Below are positions 20,441 to 32,318 of a stretch of DNA of 52,471 nucleotides, one piece after another. The DNA comes from Candidatus Delongbacteria bacterium. Its GTDB lineage: Bacteria; UBA4055. Location of the stretch: assembly GCA_016937995.1 (NCBI GenBank), contig JAFGVM010000061.1:1-52471 (forward strand), in the 5' to 3' direction. The notes below the pieces were generated by a model. The model was not told the DNA's origin. It saw only the letters and a list, made by a program, of their open reading frames with translations, and made no database searches. Positions within the stretch are counted from its first letter, which is position 1. Every line of letters begins with the position of its first letter. Position numbers and translations under genes: made by a program.

Positions 20441-21180
20441 GACTGATAAAAATAAAATATATGATACTCCTAGTATCGTTCTTTTTCAGTGGATGTATGT
20501 TGTCTTTCGGGGTTAAAGAATTTGATACACAGTCTGTTGATATGGAAGTTGTTAAAAACCGGGTCAAGAAAAATTACAGTAATCTGAATTCACTGGTTTC
20601 AGGCTTTGAATTTTCATATACTACTACCACAGACAGATTACAGTCGAGTGGTTTTTTGTACTTTACCGGTGATGATACTTTATATCTTGAGATAAATGGT
20701 GCTGTCGGAGAGACAGAGGCAGTATTGTTTCTTACCAAAGATTCAGTTAAAGCAGTGAATTATATACAAAAACTTAATATCAGTGATACTTCTGATGATA
20801 ATAGTTTTAACAGGATAACAGGAATAAATATAACCGCTGAAAAGTTCAAAGAATCTTTATACGGGTATGAAAAAATTACTCCGGATGTTTCTATAATAAG
20901 AAGAGATGAGCTTCATATAGAATTGAAAAAGATCATCAGTGATTTCGAACATAAAATTATCAAATTGAATAAGAATCTGCTTATTGAAGAGATAGACGAA
21001 TATATGAATAACATCATACAGATGAAAAAGCAGTATGACTATTTTTATGATCAGGATGGAATAATAATACCTAAAAGGATCAGGATTAGAACATATGACC
21101 CTAACACAAAGCTGACAATATTTTATAACAGAATTAATATAAATGAAAACTATTTAATCGATTTCAGGATGAGTGAATGA
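20437..21180 (+). CDS. DUF4292-like lipoprotein (LolA/LolB-like fold predicted)
   Basis: Lipobox FSG-C; beta-rich; ATGA overlap with the upstream TPR gene, a pairing typical of FCB genomes. Confidence 0.6.
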   Translation: MRLIKIKYMILLVSFFFSGCMLSFGVKEFDTQSVDMEVVKNRVKKNYSNLNSLVSGFEFSYTTTTDRLQSSGFLYFTGDDTLYLEINGAVGETEAVLFLTKDSVKAVNYIQKLNISDTSDDNSFNRITGINITAEKFKESLYGYEKITPDVSIIRRDELHIELKKIISDFEHKIIKLNKNLLIEEIDEYMNNIIQMKKQYDYFYDQDGIIIPKRIRIRTYDPNTKLTIFYNRININENYLIDFRMSE

Positions 21181-22730
21181 ATAATATCCTCTGGGTAGAT
21201 GACGAGATACAACTGCTAAAACCTCATATCCTCTATTTGGAGAAAAAAGGTTTTAAAATGACGACTGCAACAAACGGTTATGATGCTGTGAAATTGGTTG
21301 AAGAACAACATTTTGATCTTGTTGTACTTGATGAAATGATGATAGGAATGGATGGTCTGGAAACATTGGAAAAGTTAAAGGTCGTAGATGAGGAAATTAA
21401 AGCTATCATGTTAACAAAATCTGAGGAGGAAGGTATTTTCCTTCAGGCCGTAGGAAACATGATCAATGATTATTTAACAAAACCTGTTACCCCGCTTCAA
21501 CTTTACCTTACAATTCGAAAAAATTTAGAAAGAGAGAATTTAATTTCAGAGAACTTATCGAAAAAATATATTAAGGATTACAATATTTTGAGAGGAATGA
21601 TCGATTCAACAAACAGCTACGAAGATTGGATCGGGATAAACGAAAAGATTTCTTATTGGGGAATTAAATTAGACGAGATAAATGATGAAAACCTGATCTC
21701 GACATTTAACGATCTTAAATCTGATGCAAATAAGATATTTGGAGATTTTATCCAGAGTAATTACAAGAACTGGATAGACGGTGAAAGTGAGAGACCCGTT
21801 TTCTCAGTTAACATTATTGATAAATATATTATCCCCGATCTTGAAAAACAACAGCTCGCACTCATAGTTATTGATTGTTTTCCTTTCGATCAGATGACTA
21901 TGATCGAGGATACTTTGAAAAACAGTTTTTCAATCATCAAAGATTCTTATTATTCGATCCTTCCTACTTCAACTGAATTTGCCCGGAATGCTATTTTCTC
22001 AGGATTATTTCCCGATGAAATAGAAAAACGTCACACAGATGTTTATTTCGATAATTACGAGGATGATGATAGTAATAACAGGAATGAGGATATTTTACTT
22101 GAAAGACAACTACTGGCAAAGGGTTATGATCTTGGCAAGAAACTGAAGTACTTTAAAATGTACAAAGTTGATGAATTTGCAAAATTTGAAAGCAGGATAG
22201 GTGAATTAAAGGATTCCAGTTTAGTATCAATAGTTGTTAACATGGTTGATTTTTTAATACACGATAAAAAGAAGGATGAGCTGATCAATGAAATGATGGA
22301 TAGTGAAAGTTCATACAGAGCAACTATTAAAAACTGGTTTATCAATTCTCATCTCAATAAGATAATCGAAAAACTGGGAGATCTTGGATTTAAAATAATT
22401 ATTACAACAGATCATGGTGCAAAATTAATAAATAAATTTACAAAAGTGAAAGGTGATGGAAGGTCCAGCAGCGGATTAAGAATGAAATATGGCAAAAACC
22501 TTTCAACCTCGAATAAGAAGCAAACATTTTTCTGGCAAAAACCGTCTGATTATAAAATGCCGAGTTTTTTTGAAGGAAAGAATATAATTCTTGCAAAAGA
22601 AGATCATTGTTTTGTTTTTGAAAAGGGATTAAGTGATTTCTATTCCAAGATAAAAAATACATATCAGCATGGTGGAGTAAGTTTGGATGAGATAATATTA
22701 CCGGTATTGATATTGACAAAAAAAGTGTAA
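21177..22730 (+). CDS. porX: PorX-like response regulator with PglZ/alkaline-phosphatase-superfamily domain
   Basis: Receiver WVDDE, VLDEMM, LTKP; PglZ motifs VIDC, LPTST..RNAIFSG, TTDHG, YQHGG. Confidence 0.82.
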   Translation: MNNILWVDDEIQLLKPHILYLEKKGFKMTTATNGYDAVKLVEEQHFDLVVLDEMMIGMDGLETLEKLKVVDEEIKAIMLTKSEEEGIFLQAVGNMINDYLTKPVTPLQLYLTIRKNLERENLISENLSKKYIKDYNILRGMIDSTNSYEDWIGINEKISYWGIKLDEINDENLISTFNDLKSDANKIFGDFIQSNYKNWIDGESERPVFSVNIIDKYIIPDLEKQQLALIVIDCFPFDQMTMIEDTLKNSFSIIKDSYYSILPTSTEFARNAIFSGLFPDEIEKRHTDVYFDNYEDDDSNNRNEDILLERQLLAKGYDLGKKLKYFKMYKVDEFAKFESRIGELKDSSLVSIVVNMVDFLIHDKKKDELINEMMDSESSYRATIKNWFINSHLNKIIEKLGDLGFKIIITTDHGAKLINKFTKVKGDGRSSSGLRMKYGKNLSTSNKKQTFFWQKPSDYKMPSFFEGKNIILAKEDHCFVFEKGLSDFYSKIKNTYQHGGVSLDEIILPVLILTKKV

Positions 22731-22745
22731 AAGATAGTTGAGAGT

Positions 22746-22833
22746 GTAGGGGACGCCCAACGATCGACCCCGAAACTGATTAACAAACATAAAAATAGAT
22801 CCCCGTGTGCCCGATGAATCGGGAAGGATGACA
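22746..22833 (+). repeat. Degenerate GTAGGGG REP plus AGATCCCCG...GGATGACA element with nested CCCGATGAATCGGG
   Basis: 22797-22833 matches 6482-6510 at both ends but carries the 14-bp palindrome at 22810-22823. Confidence 0.75.
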
Positions 22834-22854
22834 AAATATAAAGAGGAGAATAAT

Positions 22855-23868
22855 ATGGCAATTAATATTAAGAAGATCGCTGAGATAATAGATGCGGAAA
22901 TCATTAATCACAAAGATATAGAAATAAAAAATGTTAATAAAATCGATGAAGCTGTTGAGTTTGATATTTCCTTTCTGCATAATGAAAAATATTTTTCTCA
23001 TATCAGGACTACAAAAGCATCAGCGGTAATAGTTCCCAGAGATTTTACTACAGATGTGGATATAATTTTATTAAGAGTTAAAGACCCGTATGTTTCTTTT
23101 GTTAAAATAATGTATGAGTTCTATCCTGTCGAGCCGGTAGCAAAACCCGGAATAGACAAAATGACATCCATAGATGAAACTGCTGTAATAGGTGTAAATC
23201 CTTCTATAAATCCGTTTGTATTCATTGGGAAAAATACAAAGATCGGTATAAACGCTCAAATACAGTCAAATGTTACGATCGGTTCGAATGTTAAAATCGG
23301 CGATAATGTAATAATATATTCAAATGTTTCTATCAGAGAAGGTTGTATTATCGGAGATAATGTGATACTTCAGAATGGAGCAATAATCGGTAGTGACGGT
23401 TTTGGTTTTGCTCCGGGGCAGGGAACATATGAAAAGATTCCTCAGGTTGGAAATGTTATTCTTGAAGATAATGTGGAAGTTGGAGCAAATACAGTTATTG
23501 ACAGGTCAACAATGGGTTCTACTATTATTCGTAAAGGCACTAAACTTGATAACCTGATCCAGATTGGTCATAATGTCGAGATCGGGAAGGATGTTGTAAT
23601 AGCAGGCCAGACAGGTATTGCCGGAAGTACTAAGATCGGAGATAATTGTATGATAAGTGGACAGGTCGGATTTGTCGGTCATCTAAATGTCGGTAAAGGT
23701 GTTATGATCGGTGCTCAGGCTGGTATAGTTGGTAACATCAAAGATGGTAGTGTTATTACAGGTACACCTGCTAGAGATCTAAGAAAAATGAGAAAAATTG
23801 ATGCTGCACTTGGTAGACTGCCTGATCTGATATATAAAGTAAGAGAGCTTGAAAAAAAACTGAAGTAG
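22855..23868 (+). CDS. lpxD: UDP-3-O-acylglucosamine N-acyltransferase
   Basis: Hexapeptide repeats, [31 protein letters not shown] supports the start at 22855. Confidence 0.95.
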   Translation: MAINIKKIAEIIDAEIINHKDIEIKNVNKIDEAVEFDISFLHNEKYFSHIRTTKASAVIVPRDFTTDVDIILLRVKDPYVSFVKIMYEFYPVEPVAKPGIDKMTSIDETAVIGVNPSINPFVFIGKNTKIGINAQIQSNVTIGSNVKIGDNVIIYSNVSIREGCIIGDNVILQNGAIIGSDGFGFAPGQGTYEKIPQVGNVILEDNVEVGANTVIDRSTMGSTIIRKGTKLDNLIQIGHNVEIGKDVVIAGQTGIAGSTKIGDNCMISGQVGFVGHLNVGKGVMIGAQAGIVGNIKDGSVITGTPARDLRKMRKIDAALGRLPDLIYKVRELEKKLK

Positions 23869-23893
23869 AGAAGTTGTAGTACTACGTCTCTAC
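23865..23893. repeat. GTAGAG...CTCTAC REP-like palindrome between convergent genes
   Basis: GTAGAGAAGTTGTAGTACTACGTCTCTAC; its GTAG includes the lpxD TAG stop. Confidence 0.7.
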
Positions 23894-23895
23894 AT

Positions 23896-24312
23896 TTATT
23901 CGCCGATGATCTTTACGAGTACCCGTTTACGGCGTTTGCCATCAAATTCTCCATAGAATATTCTTTCCCATGGACCAAAGTCTAGTTGTCCTTTTGTGAT
24001 CGCACAAACAACTTCACGGCCCATGATCTGTCTTTTCATGTGTGCGTCAGCATTATCTTCAAAACCATTATGTCTATATTGGGAATGGGGTTTTTCAGGA
24101 GCAAGCTTCTCCAACCAAACTTCGTAATCGTGGTGAAGTCCAGATTCGTCATCATTGATAAAAACCGAAGCTGTAATATGCATTGCGTTTACAAGAACAA
24201 ATCCTTCTTTGATCCCGCTTTCATCTATGCAGTTCTCTACATCAGTTGTTATATTGATAAATTCTCTTCTCTGTGTAGTATTGAACCATAGTTCTTTTCT
24301 GTATGACTTCAT
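23896..24312 (-). CDS. yjbQ: YjbQ/UPF0047 family protein
   Basis: [24 protein letters not shown] motifs; 138 aa. Confidence 0.88.
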   Translation of the reverse strand: MKSYRKELWFNTTQRREFINITTDVENCIDESGIKEGFVLVNAMHITASVFINDDESGLHHDYEVWLEKLAPEKPHSQYRHNGFEDNADAHMKRQIMGREVVCAITKGQLDFGPWERIFYGEFDGKRRKRVLVKIIGE

Positions 24313-24383
24313 ATTCTTTCCTCTTTTGATCCACAGTTTTAAACCTTTTGTTATCTGAGTTTAGCCCCGCTGCGATAACTAAT

Positions 24384-25484
24384 TTAGTCATCAAGGTCCA
24401 TAAGCCAATTCACCGACAAGCTGTAAGAATTTATATTATCGTAATCAACATAACCGGAATTATTGCTTTCAGGATATTTCATATTGGAATAATCAAATTT
24501 AATATTCAAAGGAATTTTACCTTCATAAAATCTGAACAGAGGGATGTATATCCCAAAACCGTAAGTAAACTCTTCAATGTATTCAAACTCTTTATATGTA
24601 TCTCCAGATATAATATCAGTTACAGTTTCATCATTGTCGTTTACCCTGTCCCAGTAATATCCGCATCTTAAAGCCAGGATTTCAGCAATATGTAATTCGG
24701 ATCCGAATTTTAATCCTGAATGGTAATCAGAGTCCCACTGTTTCTGATATTCACCTGTGAAAGTAATTAAGACAGTATTTATGTGAGGAATCATAGTACC
24801 TACTCTTGGAATAAACGAAAAATTAACACCGGTATTCATTATTCTTGGCAGTTTAGAATCTCCAATATCTCCTGAAAAAAGATTTATAAATGAAATTCCA
24901 ATGCTTGTCCTTTGCCTGAAATTTCTATTTCTTGAAACACCTACGATCTGTCTTATACCAATATCCAGATCATAACCCTTTTCAGTGTCATCCAACAGGA
25001 TACCGTTCTCTGTATTCGTACTCACATACTTTCCACTTAAACCAAGACTGAAAGCACGATTTGGATTAAAAGATATCGTAATCTTATAATCATTACTTTC
25101 GGATGCTAGATATCTTCCATCTGGATAAAGAATTGAAACTGTTTCGAACGCATCTCCGGAATAATTATAAAAACTAAATCCAAATGAAAATTTTTTAAAA
25201 TGGTATCCAATTCCCAGAAAAGAGAATTGTGAATCATCTAAAAAAGAGTATGGTGAGACTATTGAGGAAGAAACGGTAACTCCATTTATGTTCGAAATAA
25301 GTGCCGGATTATAGAACACTGAGAACATTCCATCAGGAACTGAGACTCCACATCTACCCATAGACTCTATCTTTGTACTTGGTTGTCTATCTACATATAG
25401 CATATCAAAGAATTCGTTAGCAGTTTTATCCTGTGATAAAAGTATTGTGTTTAAAATTATTAGTGCAAAAATGATTTTTTTCAT
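24384..25484 (-). CDS. PorV/FadL-like outer-membrane beta-barrel protein
   Basis: Signal peptide; SMGRCGVS...SVFYNPA plug motif; amphipathic strands; LALRCGY. Confidence 0.7.
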   Translation of the reverse strand: MKKIIFALIILNTILLSQDKTANEFFDMLYVDRQPSTKIESMGRCGVSVPDGMFSVFYNPALISNINGVTVSSSIVSPYSFLDDSQFSFLGIGYHFKKFSFGFSFYNYSGDAFETVSILYPDGRYLASESNDYKITISFNPNRAFSLGLSGKYVSTNTENGILLDDTEKGYDLDIGIRQIVGVSRNRNFRQRTSIGISFINLFSGDIGDSKLPRIMNTGVNFSFIPRVGTMIPHINTVLITFTGEYQKQWDSDYHSGLKFGSELHIAEILALRCGYYWDRVNDNDETVTDIISGDTYKEFEYIEEFTYGFGIYIPLFRFYEGKIPLNIKFDYSNMKYPESNNSGYVDYDNINSYSLSVNWLMDLDD

Positions 25485-25507
25485 TTATCAATTCCTTGTT
25501 TATTTTT

Positions 25508-25570
25508 GACCCTGAAATAAATTCAGGGTGACAACTTTTTGCATGAGATGCGCAAATTAGACGTCTTTAC
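25508..25570 (-). repeat. GTAAAGACG REP plus TGTCACCCTGAA...TTCAGGGTC element
   Basis: The minus strand reads GTAAAGACGTCTAATTTGCGCATCTC ... TGTCACCCTGAATTTATTTCAGGGTC directly after the hydrolase stop codon. Confidence 0.75.
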
Positions 25571-26353
25571 TTAAAATAGATCCAGAGCCGAATCTTCCAG
25601 ATTGAAAACATCATCCGAATTGTAATATATTATTCCGGGTTTAAAAACATAGAGATGTTTTTCAACTATGCCTAATTCATCCAGTACCCATCCTCCACCA
25701 AATATTTTACGGCCTTCAGAGTTGTCTAATCCATTTATCATAAAAGTTCTTTTTCCGATCATCTGTATTCTTTCTCTGTATCTTTCGAATTCCTCTTCCC
25801 ACCAGTAAGCTTTGAATTTAGGATATGAATCTCTCAACATAGGATAGATCAAATAGTCGGCATCAGTGTTCCTGGCCTGTTTAACTATATCATCATCGAA
25901 CAGGTCACCGCAAAGAAGTATCGTAAAAGTGCCTATAGTCGTATCGATCCTTTTCAATTCGGTTCCATGTCCGTAAAAGTTGGGACTAACTGCAGGACCA
26001 TGCCAGCCTCTGGAGATCCTTCTGTAAGTATCAACCGTAATACTTTTACTGTGTATAACTATGCAGGAATCATAGATCTTCCCATCATACAGTTCCAGAA
26101 AACCTAAAACAACGATTATATTAAGTTCACGTGCCAGTTCTCTGACTGTCAATATCTCAGTTGAACGTATTGTAAGAGCAAGTTTTATATCATGTTCTGG
26201 ATCATCATTATTTCTGAGACCTGTAATACTATCTTCTGGGAATATGATCATATCAGCTTTGTTTGAGGCAGCTACTCTTATAAGTTGAAGTATGGTCTTA
26301 ATATTTTTTTGAATGTTTGTCCCGATCTCAAAATTTGCCAAAGCGATCTTCAT
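25571..26353 (-). CDS. Carbon-nitrogen hydrolase (nitrilase superfamily)
   Basis: MKIALA, ADMIIFPE, YDS, YRR, LLCGD; SD AAGGA supports the start at 26353. Confidence 0.85.
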   Translation of the reverse strand: MKIALANFEIGTNIQKNIKTILQLIRVAASNKADMIIFPEDSITGLRNNDDPEHDIKLALTIRSTEILTVRELARELNIIVVLGFLELYDGKIYDSCIVIHSKSITVDTYRRISRGWHGPAVSPNFYGHGTELKRIDTTIGTFTILLCGDLFDDDIVKQARNTDADYLIYPMLRDSYPKFKAYWWEEEFERYRERIQMIGKRTFMINGLDNSEGRKIFGGGWVLDELGIVEKHLYVFKPGIIYYNSDDVFNLEDSALDLF

Positions 26354-26595
26354 TTTTAATTCCTTGAATAATTTTCGGAACTCATTACTACGTTCCGTAC
26401 ATAAATATAATTTGAAATAATTCTTTAGGCAAAAGTAAAAGTGAAAATAATTAGAAATGATGGATTTCAGCATTTAAAATGTGCATTTCATATATCATAT
26501 AATACTTTCTATATAAAATTTCAGGTATGTCGAGATATTTGTTATTAAATTGAAAATGACATGAAGAAACAATTTAAATCAAAAAGGAGCTTATT

Positions 26596-27696
26596 ATGAA
26601 AAAAATTATATCTATTGTGATCATTGTGATCTTGTTTACAGGCTGTAACAATTCCACAACTGCTACATATACCGTTGAGAACAAAGATGGTATAGAAGTA
26701 ATTAAAAATGATAATATTCCGGCAGACCCGGATTATAAGATCAAAATGAGATTATCTGCTGACCTGAATTTTGATGAGATAAGTCAGAAAGATACATCTA
26801 ATGCAGTTCAATTGAATAATATTGAATTGGATCAGTATGGCAACATGTATGTGCTTGATGCGAGAAAATCAAAGATCCATAAATTTGATAAATACGGGAA
26901 AAGACTTGTAACATTTGGAGAAAGAGGGCAGGGGCCGGGAGAATTCATTGGTGCCGGATTCTTTGTTGTATGGCACGATACAGTTTATGTGCCGTTCAAT
27001 CAGCAGTTCAAAATATTAAAATTTGATACGGATGGAAACTTTATAACTGATAAAAGATATGAAGATCCAAGGGATTTTCCTCGTGCATTCTGGAAAACAA
27101 GAAATTTCGTGACTGGCATCAGTATGATCCCGCTTCCTGAAGAAGGGGAGGCTGTTTTTAAGAGGAATCTGAATCTTTTCAATGATAAATTTAATAAATT
27201 GAAAACATTTATGGAAGACAGAGTAGATTTTGGGACAAATATATTTGATCTTAATCTTGTAAGAAATCCATGTGTTGCAGTTTCAAGTGACAGCCTGGTA
27301 TATCTTCCAAGATACAGCTATAATGATTATATCATTGATGTATACGATTTTTATGGTAATAAGAGGCAGGTCATCAAAAAGAAATACAGAAAGATAGCTT
27401 TTACAGAAAATGAAATCAGTCAGTTTCAGGTTTTTTTAGACAGGAATGGTCTCACTGCAAAAGGTAAATTTAAGAACTCAATTACTTTGATCTCAATGGA
27501 TAAATATGACAGGTTATGGGTCCTTGCTGCACAACCGGAATCAGAGAAACGTAAATTGTATGATATCTTTGAAAAAGGTATTTATATCAACACTGTGGAA
27601 ATTGAGGCTGACAGTACTGATATTGTAGATTTTGTGGAGAATAAGCTGGTTGCTTTTGATGCGGTTAATAATAAGATGAAGTATTATGACTATTAA
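26596..27696 (+). CDS. Lipoprotein, 6-bladed beta-propeller (NHL/TolB-like)
   Basis: Lipobox LFTG-C; GNMYVLD, FGERGQGPGEF, DKYDRLWV blades. Confidence 0.8.
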   Translation: MKKIISIVIIVILFTGCNNSTTATYTVENKDGIEVIKNDNIPADPDYKIKMRLSADLNFDEISQKDTSNAVQLNNIELDQYGNMYVLDARKSKIHKFDKYGKRLVTFGERGQGPGEFIGAGFFVVWHDTVYVPFNQQFKILKFDTDGNFITDKRYEDPRDFPRAFWKTRNFVTGISMIPLPEEGEAVFKRNLNLFNDKFNKLKTFMEDRVDFGTNIFDLNLVRNPCVAVSSDSLVYLPRYSYNDYIIDVYDFYGNKRQVIKKKYRKIAFTENEISQFQVFLDRNGLTAKGKFKNSITLISMDKYDRLWVLAAQPESEKRKLYDIFEKGIYINTVEIEADSTDIVDFVENKLVAFDAVNNKMKYYDY

Positions 27697-27697
27697 T

Positions 27698-27724
27698 AAA
27701 AGCGAGTCTTAAAAGACTCGCTTT
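27698..27724. terminator. Bidirectional terminator hairpin
   Basis: AAAGCGAGTCTT-AA-AAGACTCGCTTT between convergent genes. Confidence 0.8.
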
Positions 27725-27739
27725 ACAGATCTTATTTTT

Positions 27740-28963
27740 CTAGAATGGTTTTCTAACCGAATAGAGTCTACCTATCCTTTCAATATCTGCAGAAGACTGT
27801 ATTGAATAAAATTCATCATAATCATTACCATCTTCAAGAATATTCAATACAGCATTTGCGAAGTATTTCCCTATTTTGATCACTGTAGTTCTTCCAAACA
27901 GCTGATGTTCATAGTAGGGATCTTCCAGGTTACTTTGCATAGTATTCGTAAAAATGATCTCCTTTATTCTTTCACTTCTAAGAAGGTTCTGTGACCTGCC
28001 TGTAAGATGAGCATGAGTTGCGAACATAGTAAAGTTCTCCCCGCCCATTTTTTCAATAACACCGTACATAGAAGCAAAACTTCTGACAATATCGTCACAT
28101 ATGAATTTATCTTTTCCTTCATGCCCTGTATAGTTTTCAGAACATTCAGCTTCTTCAATATTTTTAAGATAACCTGTAACTGGATCACGTTCCTTCTTGA
28201 ATTTAACCCAGCTTATACCTGATAAATTAGGTTCAAGTCTCTGCAGATTCCTCATAATATCAGTTCCCAGCTCTTTTGATCCCTCATCTGTTGAAACAAA
28301 AACTGCTTTACTACCGTCACCTTTGATCCTTCCGCTTGTAAAAAGATAATGTGCCAGTATCGGAGCAATAGGCAGATCGATAAATACTTTAGAACCTTTT
28401 TTTATATCATTAAAATAAACTTCACCAAATGCCTCAATGAGATTTTTTGAGTGAGCATGAACAGTCATGATTTTTGATATACCTTCAGCTTTGAACCTTC
28501 TAGCCAATCTCATAGTAGATAAAGATTTACCGTCATATTTTTTTATATCCTTTTCGGTAAATTTGTTATCTGTTCCGGGTCTTAGATGATTTCCGCTTAG
28601 TCTAACATTCGTCCATATCAAATTAACTTCCTTTGCCCCGTTCTCAACACATAATGATGCAGTATGACAGATTCTTTCTAATAAAACTGAAGGTTCCCAA
28701 TGTTTATGACTGGCAATGAGATAAACGAATTTGCCCTCTAATCTATTTCTGGGTTTATCAGAAAATCCGATCTTACCTTCAAGTAGAAGTTTAGGATCAT
28801 AATCATCATCCTCGTGAAAAAAATGAGCTAATAAACTGTCAACTTTCCAGGGCTGATTCAGTTCTTTACCGATCTTTCTTGCAAATCTGTCTAAAGGTTC
28901 AACAGGTATTATTACTCTGTCAAATGGTTCTATTTTTCCTAACAGGTCCATCGATATCTCCAT
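27740..28963 (-). CDS. Divergent ribose-phosphate pyrophosphokinase (PRPP synthetase)-like protein
   Basis: Remnant motifs in the expected order: GAKEV, MTVHAHS, FVSTDEG, KKER, ICDDIV, ATH, FTNTM. Confidence 0.7.
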   Translation of the reverse strand: MEISMDLLGKIEPFDRVIIPVEPLDRFARKIGKELNQPWKVDSLLAHFFHEDDDYDPKLLLEGKIGFSDKPRNRLEGKFVYLIASHKHWEPSVLLERICHTASLCVENGAKEVNLIWTNVRLSGNHLRPGTDNKFTEKDIKKYDGKSLSTMRLARRFKAEGISKIMTVHAHSKNLIEAFGEVYFNDIKKGSKVFIDLPIAPILAHYLFTSGRIKGDGSKAVFVSTDEGSKELGTDIMRNLQRLEPNLSGISWVKFKKERDPVTGYLKNIEEAECSENYTGHEGKDKFICDDIVRSFASMYGVIEKMGGENFTMFATHAHLTGRSQNLLRSERIKEIIFTNTMQSNLEDPYYEHQLFGRTTVIKIGKYFANAVLNILEDGNDYDEFYSIQSSADIERIGRLYSVRKPF

Positions 28964-29005
28964 AGTACATTAGTTTAAAAGGGACGAGTTAATGAATCGT
29001 TTTTA

Positions 29006-30526
29006 CTAATATGATTTTGCAAAAATAACTCGTTTCTTACTTTCTTTACCGCAAATGATACAGTTTCCGTTTTCTTCTACTGCAGATGAAGGAATATTTC
29101 GGATAGTGACCTTGATCTCTTTAGCCTTTTCCTCACATTCTTTTGATCCACACCAGTGACAATTTGCAAATCCGCCATGAATTTCAGGATTATCTTCATT
29201 CTTTGGAGTAAAAAAATTAACAAATTCAGCATTATCATCAATGTTAAAAGTATTTTCATCCAACAGTTTCTTTGCTTTATTATACAAATTATTCTGAATG
29301 TCATCAAGTGTGTCGATCAAGTTGGATATGAACTCCTCAACACCTATGAAAGTTTTTTTCAATTCAGGTTCATCTCTACGTAAAACTGCAATAGTACCTT
29401 TTTCAAGGTCTTTAGGTCCTATCTCAACCTTTAAAGGAGCACCCTTTTTTATCCAGTACCAGTTTTTTTCTCCGCCTTTGATATCCCTGTCATCGATCTT
29501 TATTACTATCCTTCTTTCGTGGTATCTAAGTTTAGATACTTTTTCATTAATTTCATTGACCACAGCAAATATTTTTTCTCTTTCCTCGTCGTTCTTGTAT
29601 ATTGGTAAAACAACGACGTGTGCTGGTGCAACCCTAGGAGGGATGACCATTCCGTTATCATCAGCATGTGTCATGATCAATGCTCCGATCAATCTGGTAG
29701 ATACACCCCATGATGTAGTCCAGGCAAATTCTTCCTTACCTTCTTTACTCTGAAATTTAATCTTAGATGCTTTTGCGAATTTTTGGCCGAGGAAATGTGA
29801 TGTTCCTGACTGAAGAGCTTTTCTGTCCTGCATCATTGCTTCAATTGAATATGTTGCCAGTGCTCCCGGGAATCTTTCAGATTCAGACTTTTCTCCCTCG
29901 ATCACAGGTATAGCAAGAACTTCCTCAGCGAATTTTTTATAAACATTCAGCATTTTAAAAGTTTCTTCTACAGCTTCCTCTTCAGTCGCATGAACCGTAT
30001 GTCCTTCCTGCCACAAGAACTCTGTGGTCCTCAAGAACAGCCTTGTTCTCATTTCCCAGCGAACAACATTTGCCCACTGATTTATCAGGATAGGAAGATC
30101 TCTATATGAATTAACCCATTTAGCATATGATTCACCAATTATGGTCTCACTTGTAGGTCTGACAACCAGAGGTTCGTCCAGCTTTCCATCTGGTAATAAT
30201 TTACCATCCTCGTTCTGTGTTAATCTATGATGAGTTACTATAGCACATTCTTTTGCAAAACCATCCACATGGTCCGCTTCTTTCTGTAAATAACTTAATG
30301 GAATGAATAGTGGAAAGTATGCATTGGTATGACCTGTTTCCTTGAACATATCATCCAATTCTTTTTGCATATTCTCCCAGATCGTATAACCCCATGGCTT
30401 AATGACCATACAGCCACGAACATCGCTGTTTTCAGCCAGTTCAGCCTCTCTTATCACTTCCAGATACCACTGAGAATAATTTTCCTCTCTTATATTTTGC
30501 ATTGCGGTTCGTTTAAATTTTTCCAT
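29006..30526 (-). CDS. proS: Proline--tRNA ligase (archaeal/eukaryote-like type)
   Basis: [38 protein letters not shown]-terminal Cys cluster and terminal AKSY. Confidence 0.96.
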   Translation of the reverse strand: MEKFKRTAMQNIREENYSQWYLEVIREAELAENSDVRGCMVIKPWGYTIWENMQKELDDMFKETGHTNAYFPLFIPLSYLQKEADHVDGFAKECAIVTHHRLTQNEDGKLLPDGKLDEPLVVRPTSETIIGESYAKWVNSYRDLPILINQWANVVRWEMRTRLFLRTTEFLWQEGHTVHATEEEAVEETFKMLNVYKKFAEEVLAIPVIEGEKSESERFPGALATYSIEAMMQDRKALQSGTSHFLGQKFAKASKIKFQSKEGKEEFAWTTSWGVSTRLIGALIMTHADDNGMVIPPRVAPAHVVVLPIYKNDEEREKIFAVVNEINEKVSKLRYHERRIVIKIDDRDIKGGEKNWYWIKKGAPLKVEIGPKDLEKGTIAVLRRDEPELKKTFIGVEEFISNLIDTLDDIQNNLYNKAKKLLDENTFNIDDNAEFVNFFTPKNEDNPEIHGGFANCHWCGSKECEEKAKEIKVTIRNIPSSAVEENGNCIICGKESKKRVIFAKSY

Positions 30527-30555
30527 GTATATTACCTTGAGTTATGTTAATTTTT

Positions 30556-30627
30556 ACGAGACGTGAAATCACGTCTTTACGGAATACTTGATATTTGGAT
30601 ATTCCGTGTTGATCATTGAATATTGGA
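30556..30627 (-). repeat. Composite intergenic repeat cassette after guaB
   Basis: Minus strand: CCAATATTCAATGATCAACACGGAATATCCAAATATCAAG-TATTCC-GTAAAGACGTGATTTCACGTCTC; shares ATTCCGTAAAGACGTGATTT exactly with the polA copy. Confidence 0.8.
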
Positions 30628-32082
<1,455 letters not shown>

Positions 32083-32109
32083 TTATCCTTGTGCTATTTA
32101 TATTTTTTA

Positions 32110-32137
32110 ACAAAAAGCCGCCATGAATGGCGGCTTT
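32110..32137 (-). terminator. Terminator hairpin in the guaB 5' leader
   Basis: Minus strand AAAGCCGCCAT-TC-ATGGCGGCTTTTTGTT, about 30 nt before the guaB ATG. Confidence 0.75.
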
Positions 32138-32236
32138 ACAGTTTATATAAGACCTATTATGTACAAGATATGATTATTTTTCCCTACCATTCTAATTTCT
32201 GCTAAGTTCCTGTTCATCTGAATTTTAATTTCGCAA

Positions 32237-32265
32237 AAAATAACATAACGTACAGCTTTTGTCAA
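32237..32265 (-). promoter_or_regulatory. Sigma70-type promoter facing guaB
   Basis: Minus strand TTGACA-17 nt-TATTTT with a TGn extended -10. Confidence 0.65.
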
Positions 32266-32318
32266 GTATATTATAAAGAAAATTAAATGACTTAATTACT
32301 TATTACTTTAATTCAGGT

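Noticed and set aside
21177-22730. BREX defence system (PglZ domain)
   Set aside because: The PglZ domain is fused to a receiver domain as in PorX, and no brxC or pglX genes are nearby.
32100-32236. Purine riboswitch upstream of guaB
   Set aside because: The conserved aptamer core and loop-loop sequences were not found on the minus strand.
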